DNA of 64,000 bases, from positions 275,923 through 339,922 of the forward strand of contig JACOYB010000004.1 of NCBI GenBank assembly GCA_016182085.1. The letters run 5' to 3'. The DNA is from Candidatus Magasanikiibacteriota bacterium. Lineage in GTDB: Bacteria; Patescibacteriota; Patescibacteriia; Magasanikbacterales; GWA2-37-8. Below the pieces are notes generated by a model that was given only the letters and a program-made list of their open reading frames with translations, searched no databases and was not told the DNA's origin. Positions 46,601 to 55,543 of the stretch are shown piece by piece. Position 1 is the first letter of the stretch; the number at the start of each line of letters is the position of its first letter. A program made the position numbers and the translations under genes.

Positions 46601-46891
46601 ATGCCGTTAGATGAAAAAAAGCTAAGTAAAATAATGGAGCGGATAATGTTTGAGTCTGTGGAACAAGGGGTTGATATGTCCGATCCAAAAGAGATGCGGG
46701 ATTTTGTCAATCAAATCGTGGAAAAAATATTGGGGTCAAATCATCCACAGCAGCAAGAATACGAGGAAACCATCGTTTCCGATATGTATAGGGAAGAAAC
46801 GTTAGATAAGACGGGTAGTGAAGGTTATCATGAAAGGATGAGAGGCGCGCGAGCCAATGAATACAAAAATTCAGATATAACAAAAAGATAG
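46601..46891 (+). CDS. hypothetical acidic protein
   Basis: Start moved to ATG 46601, since the track start is TTG. No motifs. Confidence 0.35.
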   Translation: MPLDEKKLSKIMERIMFESVEQGVDMSDPKEMRDFVNQIVEKILGSNHPQQQEYEETIVSDMYREETLDKTGSEGYHERMRGARANEYKNSDITKR

Positions 46892-46914
46892 TTTTTAATT
46901 CATTTAACCCCAGT

Positions 46915-47454
46915 ATGCAAGATCTACAACAAAAGGTAAAAAGTGTCCCAAAAAAATATATTTATGGCGGCTTGGCTGTCCTGTTATTTATAATCGTTCT
47001 TGCCTTTGCCCTTAAAGACAAAAATGGCTCTGAAGATCAAGTCAATCCGGATGATTTACCTGCCCAAGAAGATTTAACCTTAACTGAATCTACAACATCC
47101 ACTACTTCTACGACGAGTGCTACAAAAAAACCTGCCACCCCAGTTAAAACACCTCTGGCTCCGCTTTCCGCCACCCAACGATATTTAGATGCCATTAAGA
47201 TTTATAAAACTTCGGGATATTATTTTCAATTTGTTGATTGTCATGGGTTGCCAGGCAGCTTAACCCTTAAAAAAGGTAAAAAATTCATGCTTGATAACCG
47301 AGATGCCAAATCCAGAAAGATTGCTATCCAAGGCGGTCAGAGCTTTACGATTGGCGCGTATAATTTTGCCATTGCCACGGCCCCAACCAAGCCAGGTGTT
47401 CACTATATTACCTGTGACGGCGGCGGCGCGGCTTCTATTCTAGTGCAGCAATAA
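46915..47454 (+). CDS. hypothetical membrane-anchored protein with a Thr/Ser-rich linker
   Basis: TM anchor, a TTSTTSTTSAT linker, and a C-terminal roughly 90-aa domain. Confidence 0.45.
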   Translation: MQDLQQKVKSVPKKYIYGGLAVLLFIIVLAFALKDKNGSEDQVNPDDLPAQEDLTLTESTTSTTSTTSATKKPATPVKTPLAPLSATQRYLDAIKIYKTSGYYFQFVDCHGLPGSLTLKKGKKFMLDNRDAKSRKIAIQGGQSFTIGAYNFAIATAPTKPGVHYITCDGGGAASILVQQ

Positions 47455-47474
47455 TTTTCAAAATGTTAAACATC

Positions 47475-47505
47475 AAAAAACAGCCTTCTCAAGAGGCTGT
47501 TTTTG
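47475..47505 (+). terminator. intrinsic terminator
   Basis: cagcct-tctcaag-aggctg hairpin followed by ttttt. Confidence 0.6.
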
Positions 47506-47539
47506 ATTGACAGGGCAAGGCTTTCTCGGTAGGCTTATG

Positions 47540-47731
47540 TTTAGTCGGAGAAAAGGCCTTCGGGCTGAAAGAGGGTTGGGTAGCAGGGGCAGCAAACCAG
47601 CAGACCTGCTCGGTAACAATCTGTGGTTTGTGGAAACACAAATCGGCTCAATCAATCGTTGCCTATATCCCAAAAGGTGAGGCACGGTTATCCGGCTTAT
47701 AGCAAGGGAGTCGCTCCCGGTGGTTCTTTTT
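47540..47731 (+). ncRNA. candidate small RNA (roughly 190 nt) with its own promoter and terminator; RNase-P-like sequence patches, class unassigned
   Basis: The TTGACA -35 box at 47507-47512 sits 17 nt from TAGGCT. The terminator is GGGAG-tcg-CTCCC plus a T-run at 47706-47731. No ORF was found. It contains GGAGAAAAGGCCUUCGGGCU (compare the RNase P GGAGGAAAGUCCGGGCUCC block) and ACGGUUAUCCGGCUUAUAGC (compare ACAGAACCCGGCUUAUCGG). It is too short for a canonical RNase P RNA. Confidence 0.35.
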
Positions 47732-47935
47732 AATACGCAGAGATAGTTTTGGTGTCGCGGGGCGATGCCAGGATAAAGGCTGTGATATTAAAAGGGTGTA
47801 AAATTTGCGCTCCCCAGTGATTGGGGAGTACTTCATACCTTGTCCACCGCAAGATCCCACCCTGTAAGAATGCTGGTATTCTTACAGGTCTTTTTAATTT
47901 GCCAATAACCCTTGTTTTTAGTAGAATTACCATAT

Positions 47936-48238
47936 ATGCCACTCTCCACTCAAGAAGTAAAAAAAATTGCTCAGCTCGCGCGAATCAAACTAACGTCCGA
48001 AGAAGAAGCCAGACATGCCGAAACTATTTCGGCCGTTTTAGATTACATGAATATTTTAAATGAAGTAGATACAAGCGGGGTGGAACCAACCTTTCAGGTA
48101 ACCGGACTGGAAGATGTAACCCGAATAGATGAACCAAGAGACTGTAAAATAACAAAAGAATTAATGGCCCAAATGCCGGAAGTGGAAAATGCCGAGCTGG
48201 TCGTGCCGGGCGTATTTGCCGGAACCGAAGAAGAATAA
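47936..48238 (+). CDS. gatC: Asp/Glu-tRNA amidotransferase subunit C
   Basis: Start at ATG 47936 (MPLSTQEVKKIAQLARIKLTSEEE…, the canonical GatC N-terminus). The track start is TTG. Confidence 0.85.
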   Translation: MPLSTQEVKKIAQLARIKLTSEEEARHAETISAVLDYMNILNEVDTSGVEPTFQVTGLEDVTRIDEPRDCKITKELMAQMPEVENAELVVPGVFAGTEEE

Positions 48239-48240
48239 GT

Positions 48241-49701
48241 ATGTCAAAATTAAACGAATTAACAATCAAAGAAGCGCAGGAAGGATTGCGAAGCAAAAAA
48301 TTTACCGCCGTGGAATTAACGCAGGCTTGTTTGGATAGAATAAAAGAAAGAAACAAAGATATAAATGCGTTTATTACGGTATGTGAAGAATCGGCTTTGG
48401 AAGAAGCCCGTATTGCCGATGGACTATTGAATTCAGGCCAAGATGCGCCGCTAACCGGTATTCCGTTTTCCGTAAAAGATGCAATTTGCACAGCCGGTGT
48501 GCGTTCTACCGGTTCGGCCAAAATTTTGGATAATTATATCCCGCCGTTTGACGCAACGGTGATTGGCAAAATTAGAAAACAAGGCGGAGTACTTCTTGGT
48601 AAAAATAATTGCGATGCTTTTGGCCATGGCGCCAGCAACGAAAATAGTATGTACGGCCCGGTGCGCAACCCGTATGATTTATCTAAAGTTGCGGGTGGAT
48701 CATCCGGCGGTTCGGCCGCGGCGGTTGCCGATAATATGTCTATTTTTTCAATTGCCGAAGATACGGGCGGCTCTATTCGTCAGCCTGCCAGTTTTTGTGG
48801 TATGGCCGGTTTTCGTCCAACCTATGGCCGCAATTCCCGTTTTGGTATTATGCCTATGGCTTCATCGCTTGATACGGTGGGTCCGATAACCAAAACTGTC
48901 TATGACAGCGCGCTTATAATGCAGCAAATCGCCGGCGCTGATTCACTAGATGCCACTACTATTGTTGACTCAGCACCGGATTATTTAAAAAATTTTGAAC
49001 AAGATTTAAAAGGCATGCGTGTCGGTATTCCCAAAGAATATTTTTCCGCCCTAGGCGGACCCGCCTCGGGCGGGGAGTTTAAACTAGATGATGAAGTAAA
49101 AGAAATTACTGCTAAGCAAATTGATAAGTTAAAAGAGTTAGGTTGCACAATTGAAGAAATCAGTTTGCCGCATACCAAATACGCGATTGCGGTTTACTAT
49201 ATTTTAGTTCCCAGTGAAGATAGTTCAAATTTGGGTCGGCTTGACGGTATTCGGTACGGCTCCAGACAAAAAGGAAAAGACTTGTATGATTTATATGCCA
49301 CCTCTCGCGCTGAAGGTTTTCCTGAAGAAGTGAAACGCCGAATACTTATTGGCACCTATGCGCTTTCGGCCGGATATTACGATGCCTATTACAAAAAAGC
49401 GCAAACCGTCCGTACTTTAATTAAAAAAGATTTTGATGAAGCATTTAAAAAAGTAGATGTGCTGATTACGCCGACATCGCCATTTGCCGCTTTCGGTGTG
49501 GGAGAAAAGAAAGACGATCCGCTGGCCATGTATTTGGCCGATGTGATGGTTTCTCCGGCGGCGATTGCGGGTGTGCCGGCACTGTCGGTTCCATCCGGCA
49601 AAAATGCCGCCGGTCTGCCGATTGGCGTGCAGATTATCGGTTCACGAAAAAATGAAGAAGCAATTTTCAGAGTAGGAAATAAAATTGAAATAAGAGGGTA
49701 A
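48241..49701 (+). CDS. gatA: Asp/Glu-tRNA amidotransferase subunit A (amidase signature family)
   Basis: The amidase signature GGSSGGSAAAVA and Ser-cisSer-Lys triad blocks are present. 486 aa. Confidence 0.9.
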   Translation: MSKLNELTIKEAQEGLRSKKFTAVELTQACLDRIKERNKDINAFITVCEESALEEARIADGLLNSGQDAPLTGIPFSVKDAICTAGVRSTGSAKILDNYIPPFDATVIGKIRKQGGVLLGKNNCDAFGHGASNENSMYGPVRNPYDLSKVAGGSSGGSAAAVADNMSIFSIAEDTGGSIRQPASFCGMAGFRPTYGRNSRFGIMPMASSLDTVGPITKTVYDSALIMQQIAGADSLDATTIVDSAPDYLKNFEQDLKGMRVGIPKEYFSALGGPASGGEFKLDDEVKEITAKQIDKLKELGCTIEEISLPHTKYAIAVYYILVPSEDSSNLGRLDGIRYGSRQKGKDLYDLYATSRAEGFPEEVKRRILIGTYALSAGYYDAYYKKAQTVRTLIKKDFDEAFKKVDVLITPTSPFAAFGVGEKKDDPLAMYLADVMVSPAAIAGVPALSVPSGKNAAGLPIGVQIIGSRKNEEAIFRVGNKIEIRG

Positions 49702-49730
49702 ATTATTTACATATAATTTAAATTCAACAT

Positions 49731-51098
49731 ATGCCTAAATCTGATTTGATCAAAGAAGCAATGCCGGTTACCAAAGCCTCGGTAAAACCAGATTTAACCG
49801 TTGCCGCCCACACCTCCGGTGAAATGATAAACTACCGAGACAGCTGGCGCATTTTTAGAGTTGTGTCCGAATTTGTGGAGGGATATCAGCTTTTGGGGGA
49901 ATTAACCAAAGAAGTAACCATTATGGGTTCGGCGCGATTGCCTGCCAATAGTAAATATTATCACATCGCTGAAGAACTAGGCTATTTGCTGGGAAAGAAT
50001 GGTTTTACCACCATCACCGGCGGCGGCCCGGGTATTATGGAAGCGGCCAATAAAGGGGCCTTTGAAGCAGGCGGAGAATCTGTAGGCATAAACATCCAAT
50101 TGCCCATGGAGCAGCGCATTAATCCGTATGTAAAAAAATCAGCGGCATTTTTCTATTTCTTTTCCCGCAAAGTAATGTTAACGGCTCCGGCCAATGCCTT
50201 TGTGTTTTTTCCCGGCGGTTTCGGCACGTTAGACGAATTTTTTGAAGTTGTAGACTATATTGAAATGGGGCACATGCCAAAAGTGCCGATTATTATGGTG
50301 GGCAAAGAATTTTGGGAGCCGATTATAAATTTTTTGCGCGCCAAATCCGCTCGCGAAGTCAATTCCATAAACGAAGCCGATTTAAATCAGTGGCATGTGG
50401 TAGATACAGCCAAAGAAGCTTTTGAATTTATAAAAGATACTGAAGATCGCCCCAATCCATGGGTAAAAGATCCGAGTAGTCCGTTTTACCAAGGTGATTT
50501 GAACTGGAGAATTTTTAGAATCATGGCGGAAATGGTAGACGGTTTTGAGTTTCTTACCAAGATTCAGCGTGATGTGACCGTGCTTGGTACGAGCAGCATC
50601 CTGCAAGGCAGCCCGTATTATCAAGCAGCCTACGAACTTGGTAAAATTTTGGCAGACCAGCAATACGCCACCATCACCGGCGGCGGCCCGGGTATTATGG
50701 AAGCGGCCAATAAAGGGGCCTTTGAACGCGGCGGGCAAAGTTTGGGTATCAATATGCGTACTGAACGGGGAGAGCGCATAAACAATTATGTTACCCAGTC
50801 AATTGGTTTTTTCTTCCCATATATTCGCAAACTTATAATTACCGCGCCTTCGGAAGCATTTGTATTTTTCCCCGGTGGTTTCGGCACCTTGCATCAGCTA
50901 TTTGAAATTTTAACGTTGCAGGAAACAAATAAAATAAAACCGATCCCGACGCTTCTCTATGGCCGTGAATTTTGGCAGCCGCTGTTGGATATTGTTCACA
51001 ACTTGCATGATGAATTTAAAACTATTACCAGAATTGACGAAGACTTTTTGAAACTGATGGATTCGCCCCAAGATATTCTTCAGCATCTAAAAAAATAA
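49731..51098 (+). CDS. tandem-duplicated LOG-family (TIGR00730 Rossmann) protein, two full domains in one 455-aa chain
   Basis: TITGGGPGIMEAANKGAFE…GG.S.GIN…PGGFGTL..F..L.. occurs twice (residues roughly 90-210 and roughly 300-420). Confidence 0.75.
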   Translation: MPKSDLIKEAMPVTKASVKPDLTVAAHTSGEMINYRDSWRIFRVVSEFVEGYQLLGELTKEVTIMGSARLPANSKYYHIAEELGYLLGKNGFTTITGGGPGIMEAANKGAFEAGGESVGINIQLPMEQRINPYVKKSAAFFYFFSRKVMLTAPANAFVFFPGGFGTLDEFFEVVDYIEMGHMPKVPIIMVGKEFWEPIINFLRAKSAREVNSINEADLNQWHVVDTAKEAFEFIKDTEDRPNPWVKDPSSPFYQGDLNWRIFRIMAEMVDGFEFLTKIQRDVTVLGTSSILQGSPYYQAAYELGKILADQQYATITGGGPGIMEAANKGAFERGGQSLGINMRTERGERINNYVTQSIGFFFPYIRKLIITAPSEAFVFFPGGFGTLHQLFEILTLQETNKIKPIPTLLYGREFWQPLLDIVHNLHDEFKTITRIDEDFLKLMDSPQDILQHLKK

Positions 51099-51105
51099 AG
51101 ATAGC

Positions 51106-51903
51106 ATGATTCCATATTTTGAATTCCAAAACATTCCGCTTGGCCCGATTGTCATTCAAGTTTGGGGTTTTTTTGTGGCGCTTGGCATTATCGCGGCCAT
51201 TACGTTTGCTTATTTTTTGTGCAAAAAATATTTGCTGTCCGGCGAAGTAATTTTGGATATGGCTATTTGGGTGCTGGTCGGCGCTTTTGTCATGGCGCGC
51301 GTATTTCATATTATTTTTTACAATCCAGCGTATTACATGGATAGTCCAGCTGAGATAATCAAATTTTGGCACGGCGGCGCGTCATCGCTGGGCGGGTTTG
51401 TGGGTGCGAGCGTAAGCGCGTGGTTATTTGCCAAAAAAAGAAGATTTACATTGCGGGAGCTGTTGCCGTATATTGATATCGCAGCTTTGGGTTTGTGGTT
51501 GGGGTGGGGAATAGGCAGGATCGGTTGTTTTTTAATCCACGATCATCCGGGGACGCTTACCAGTTTTGTGTTGGGAGTAAAATATCCGGATGGCGCCAGA
51601 TTTGATCTGGGACTTATGGAATCAATTTTGGGATTTGTATTATTTATAATTTTTTATCTCTTATTTAAAAAATTAATTAAAATTCACTGGGGATTAGTGA
51701 GTATATTTTCTTTTGGGGCGTATGCGGTAGCCAGGTTTTTTTTGGATTTCTTGCGAGTGCCGCCGGATTTTCCGGGTGGAGACGCGCGGTTTGGATTTTT
51801 AACCCCGGCGCAGTGGGGGATGGTAGTGGTTCTCGTTGGGTTAACTTTATTAAATATTTTTCTCTTTAAGAAAAAAATATTGCGACATAATAGTGAAGTA
51901 TGA
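51106..51903 (+). CDS. lgt: prolipoprotein diacylglyceryl transferase
   Basis: 265 aa with seven TM helices and Lgt blocks (…HGGASSLGGFVGA…, …GRIGCFLIHDHPG…). Confidence 0.7.
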   Translation: MIPYFEFQNIPLGPIVIQVWGFFVALGIIAAITFAYFLCKKYLLSGEVILDMAIWVLVGAFVMARVFHIIFYNPAYYMDSPAEIIKFWHGGASSLGGFVGASVSAWLFAKKRRFTLRELLPYIDIAALGLWLGWGIGRIGCFLIHDHPGTLTSFVLGVKYPDGARFDLGLMESILGFVLFIIFYLLFKKLIKIHWGLVSIFSFGAYAVARFFLDFLRVPPDFPGGDARFGFLTPAQWGMVVVLVGLTLLNIFLFKKKILRHNSEV

Positions 51904-52538
51904 ACCTGCCCATGTTGGTCGTTTGGATCATCGCGTTTTCGGTAACTCTTATCGTCATGGGGGCTGCGTTTTCTTATCGTATCAAAGGTGAATCGATGGG
52001 CATGGCACTACTAACGGTTGCAGCTATTACATTCTGGATGACCGGTTTAGTATTAGGGTTTTTTGTCACGCTGTTTTCTTCTCCTACGCCCGAGACTTGG
52101 TGGTGGGCGCTCGCTATTCGTGTGGTCTGGCAAATTGGTGGCGCAGCTTTTTTTGGGCTGGCAATTTTATTTGATAGTTCTTTAATTAGAAAAGAAGATC
52201 GCAAAAAAATAGGGGGTTGGATTTTTGTGGCCGTTTGCGTAGCGATTGGTGTTTTGGTAAGTCTTAATCCTTTGCGCGATCTTGTCCAGGGTCCGGTAAC
52301 TATACATGGCACTATAAATCTTGAAATTTTACGCCAGATGCGTCCCAAATATGGTCCTAGTATAAGAGGTGCATTAGAGATCGCCACTCCCGAGGGCACT
52401 CATTATGGAGTTAATATGTTTGGCTGGCCTGTCCAAAAAGCAGAAGAAATTTTGGAACAATGTGATAATACAGGTGAGATAGCAATAATTGTCATGTTAC
52501 AGAGGATGAACAGGCTGCTTGATGCGTGGTGCCGGTAG
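51900..52538 (+). CDS. hypothetical membrane protein (4 TM plus a soluble C-domain)
   Basis: 212 aa. It overlaps the lgt stop by 4 nt. Confidence 0.4.
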   Translation: MNLPMLVVWIIAFSVTLIVMGAAFSYRIKGESMGMALLTVAAITFWMTGLVLGFFVTLFSSPTPETWWWALAIRVVWQIGGAAFFGLAILFDSSLIRKEDRKKIGGWIFVAVCVAIGVLVSLNPLRDLVQGPVTIHGTINLEILRQMRPKYGPSIRGALEIATPEGTHYGVNMFGWPVQKAEEILEQCDNTGEIAIIVMLQRMNRLLDAWCR

Positions 52539-52544
52539 TTACAT

Positions 52545-52573
52545 TGACTTTATATCTGTTTTTATATAGAATG
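52545..52573 (+). promoter_or_regulatory. sigma70-like promoter TTGACT-17-TAGAAT driving tRNA-Ser(GGA)
   Basis: ttgactttatatctgtttttatatagaat lies 19 nt upstream of the tRNA 5' end. Confidence 0.5.
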
Positions 52574-52591
52574 AAACGGCATATATTCTCA

Positions 52592-52676
52592 GGAGAGGTC
52601 GCATAGTGGCCTAGTGCGCACGCTTGGAAAGCGTGTATACAGAAATGTATCGAGGGTTCAAATCCCTCCCTCTCCG
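52592..52676 (+). tRNA. tRNA-Ser (anticodon GGA), type II, no encoded CCA
   Basis: Acceptor GGAGAGG/CCTCTCC, anticodon stem CACGC/GCGTG, loop TTGGAAA, variable arm ATACA-GAA-TGTAT, T-arm GAGGG-TTCAAAT-CCCTC, discriminator G. Confidence 0.85.
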
Positions 52677-52768
52677 CAGCGAAACGAAGCCAATAAAAGC
52701 TTTGTTTTATTTTGCAACATTATCACATTCTGATAAAATATGAATATAATATAAATTATAGCTTTTTT

Positions 52769-53239
52769 ATGCCCCATATCCATGATAAAATTGATTTCTG
52801 TTCGGAAACTTTCATTGTTTTTGATAATAAGGTGCTCTTGCGAAAACATGATAAATTTAAAATATGGTTGAGTGTGGGCGGGCATATTGAGCTTGATGAA
52901 GATCCCGGCTTGGCCGCAGTAAGAGAAGCAAAAGAAGAGGTTGGTTTAGATATTGTGTTATACCAAGAAGAAGGAAAGCAGCCAGAGTTTCATGATGGTA
53001 AAAATATATCACTCATCCCGCCTCAATACCTCAATAGGCATCAAGTAACGGAAAATCACGAGCATATTGTATTTATATATTTCGGCAGGTCTCAAACAGA
53101 TATATTGGAGCTTTCGGAAACTGAGGTGACAGAAGATTGTCGGTGGTTTACCAAAGAAGAGATCCAAAACAATGATCTTGGCATATCGGACATGGTTCAA
53201 TTTTACGCCCTGCAAGCGTTAGAAAAATTATCTGTGTAA
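52769..53239 (+). CDS. NUDIX hydrolase
   Basis: Start at ATG 52769. The Nudix box is GGHIELDEDPGLAAVREAKEEVGL. Confidence 0.7.
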   Translation: MPHIHDKIDFCSETFIVFDNKVLLRKHDKFKIWLSVGGHIELDEDPGLAAVREAKEEVGLDIVLYQEEGKQPEFHDGKNISLIPPQYLNRHQVTENHEHIVFIYFGRSQTDILELSETEVTEDCRWFTKEEIQNNDLGISDMVQFYALQALEKLSV

Positions 53240-53345
53240 AAAATATATAAACAAAAACTTCCGCTCAAGAATCTGGGCGGAAGTTTTTTGTCCACAGGCT
53301 GAAAAGCGGGTAAAATAAGGGATTTTGTGGTAAAATTAAATATAT

Positions 53346-53921
53346 ATGTCCGACCAAACAAGCGTAACCGTCATAGATAGATTTTTGGCAAAAGTCTTTC
53401 TCCCTGTGTTTCCTCATTGGGTGCTGCCAAATCATTTAACGGCCCTGCGTTTGTTTTTGACCCCTTTTGTGATTTGGTTATTTTGGAAAGAACAGTATTT
53501 AGTTGGGGGAATATTGTTTTTGCTCACATCTTTTACCGACGCGCTAGACGGCGCCATGGCCAGAACCAGAAATCAAGTAACCGGCTTTGGCAAATTGTTT
53601 GATCCTTTGGCCGACAAAATTCTTATTTCCACGGTCGTTTATATTTTAGTTCTCAAATACGTAAATGTTTATGCGGCTTGGATAATTATTATTCTGGAAT
53701 TTATCATTATCTCGGCCGCCTTTATTAAAAAAACCAACGGTGGCCAAAATATCCAGTCCAACATTTGGGGCAAGATAAAAATGAACTTACAGGTATGGGG
53801 AGTGGTAATTCTCGTGCTTTCCGTGGTCTTTAATATTGAACAGCTGTTAGCCGTGTCGCAAGGCACATTTTATCTGGCGATCGCGTTTGCGATCATGAGT
53901 TTATTTACGTATGGTATTTAA
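53346..53921 (+). CDS. CDP-alcohol phosphatidyltransferase (PgsA-like)
   Basis: DGAMARTRNQVTGFGKLFDPLADK matches D-G-x2-A-R-x8-G-x3-D-x3-D. Confidence 0.8.
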   Translation: MSDQTSVTVIDRFLAKVFLPVFPHWVLPNHLTALRLFLTPFVIWLFWKEQYLVGGILFLLTSFTDALDGAMARTRNQVTGFGKLFDPLADKILISTVVYILVLKYVNVYAAWIIIILEFIIISAAFIKKTNGGQNIQSNIWGKIKMNLQVWGVVILVLSVVFNIEQLLAVSQGTFYLAIAFAIMSLFTYGI

Positions 53922-54034
53922 GGGTAAATTAAAGCCCATTTTTTAATTTTTAATATGTCAAAAATACTTGGGGATTGGAAAAATGGTGTTCAAACTTGCC
54001 CATTTGTTCCAAATATCCAAAATTAAGAGTTTGG

Positions 54035-54484
54035 TTAGGCTAAAGAGATTTTTCTCTGGTTTGAGTTTGGTTGATGTTCAATGGAAATTGAGATGATTTT
54101 ATTTTTCTTAACATTCGTGTTTTGTAGCAGCTTGCTAATTTTTTCCGGCCATTCAATAATACAAACAGTATTGTCTTTGCCCAGGTAATCTTCTGCGCCA
54201 ATTTCTATCAACTCTTTTTCATCTTTGAGCCTGTAGGTGTCAATGTGCACCAAGGTTTTTATCTGGGATGTTTTTTTGTTGATTTGGTATACGTTCATTA
54301 AGGTAAACGTAGGGCTGGTGATTTCGTTTTTGATGCCAAAACCCTTGGCGATGCCTTTGGTAAGAGCGGTTTTGCCTGCGCCCAAGTCTCCGGAGAGCAA
54401 CACAATCGTACCGCCCGTAAGTTTAGCGGTTAGTTCCTTGCCAAAGGCTGCAGTTTCCTTAAAGGAATTGGTAATTTTTTTCAT
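54035..54484 (-). CDS. tsaE: tRNA threonylcarbamoyladenosine biosynthesis protein TsaE
   Basis: GDLGAGKT P-loop, 149 aa; the typical YjeE size and motifs. Confidence 0.8.
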   Translation of the reverse strand: MKKITNSFKETAAFGKELTAKLTGGTIVLLSGDLGAGKTALTKGIAKGFGIKNEITSPTFTLMNVYQINKKTSQIKTLVHIDTYRLKDEKELIEIGAEDYLGKDNTVCIIEWPEKISKLLQNTNVKKNKIISISIEHQPNSNQRKISLA

Positions 54485-54549
54485 ATATACATTTGTTATG
54501 GGGGAATTCGTGGCCGATTTTGGCCGGCCGAACCGAACGTATCGTTATG

Positions 54550-54622
54550 TCGGGCTAGTGGGACTTGAACCCACGGCCTCAGCGTCCCGAACGCTGCGCG
54601 CTACCAACTGCGCTATAGCCCG
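54550..54622 (-). tRNA. tRNA-Pro (anticodon CGG), no encoded CCA
   Basis: Revcomp: CGGGCTA-TA-GCGC-AGTTGGTA-GCGC-G-CAGCG-TTCGGGA-CGCTG-AGGCC-GTGGG-TTCAAGT-CCCAC-TAGCCCG-A. Confidence 0.85.
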
Positions 54623-54777
54623 ATTGAGTGAGAGAAGAGAAAATTTATTTTCTCTTCCGAGCGAGAATGGGCTATATCCTAAGATATAACCATTTGAACG
54701 AGAAAACACTAAAAACATGCTAACATGTCAAAATAACCTTTTCAAGGGGCTGTTTTGTTGCTGCCAGCTTAAATAGT

Positions 54778-55425
54778 TTATATTTTTTGTTTGGGAGATA
54801 GAATAGCTGCCATTTTTAACAGCAAGACTACCAGAATGATACTCGCAGCCACCAGACTGATTGGCAGCAATCCGCCCGGCCAGCCACTTGGTTTTAACCA
54901 ACCTTCAAAGCCCATAACAAATACGTGCGCTAAAACAGCGACAAGTCCGAGATAGCCCAAACGTTGGATTGCGAACCACTTTTCTTGTTCAGTCGGTTGG
55001 ATTACTCCCGGAATTGAAGAGATCGCGACGCATGTAAAAAGAAAAAAAGATAATACGCCAAAGAGCGTTGATAACCCGCCCGTAAGATTAAGTCTGCCGT
55101 TGCCCAAAAAGAATTTAGAATAGTAAGTCGGACTAAAAATAAGCAGAGATAATATGCCGTGAAAAGCGGATAAGCAAAACCCGGCCAGGCCAAAGAATTT
55201 GCGCGTGCCTAGAGCCGGAACAAAAATTTTTGGCCAAAATCTGGCTAAAGAGCCAAGGGCGTATGAAATGGCGATAAATATAACTGCCGCCAGCGCGATG
55301 GCCTTATTGGAAATAAAAAGCGGCAGATCAATCCAGGATACACCTTTGATGACATTGTATCTAATGATCGCGTACCCGAAAGCAATAAATAGAATTATCG
55401 TTGAGGACAGGACGTATTTTTTCAT
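54778..55425 (-). CDS. ferric-reductase-like / MsrQ(YedZ)-like heme-b membrane protein (tentative)
   Basis: Six TM helices with His residues in TM helices (FHGILS, LAHVFV) at the spacing expected for bis-His heme sites. Confidence 0.45.
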   Translation of the reverse strand: MKKYVLSSTIILFIAFGYAIIRYNVIKGVSWIDLPLFISNKAIALAAVIFIAISYALGSLARFWPKIFVPALGTRKFFGLAGFCLSAFHGILSLLIFSPTYYSKFFLGNGRLNLTGGLSTLFGVLSFFLFTCVAISSIPGVIQPTEQEKWFAIQRLGYLGLVAVLAHVFVMGFEGWLKPSGWPGGLLPISLVAASIILVVLLLKMAAILSPKQKI

Positions 55426-55543
55426 ATAGAAAAAATAGAAGTTAATAAATGCAGGGCTATTTTATCATAGCTCAAACTCCTTTTCAATAGGGGTAATCCG
55501 TGGTATAATTTAAAACATAAGTCAAAATCACTTTTTAAATTTT

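Noticed and set aside
47800-47911. T-box riboswitch directly upstream of gatC
   Set aside because: AGGGUGU and CCACCGC/CCCACCC words are present, but the 14-nt T-box consensus AGGGUGGNACCGCG and a specifier stem are not recognisable. It is left as a generic hairpin plus T-run attenuator candidate within the sRNA finding.
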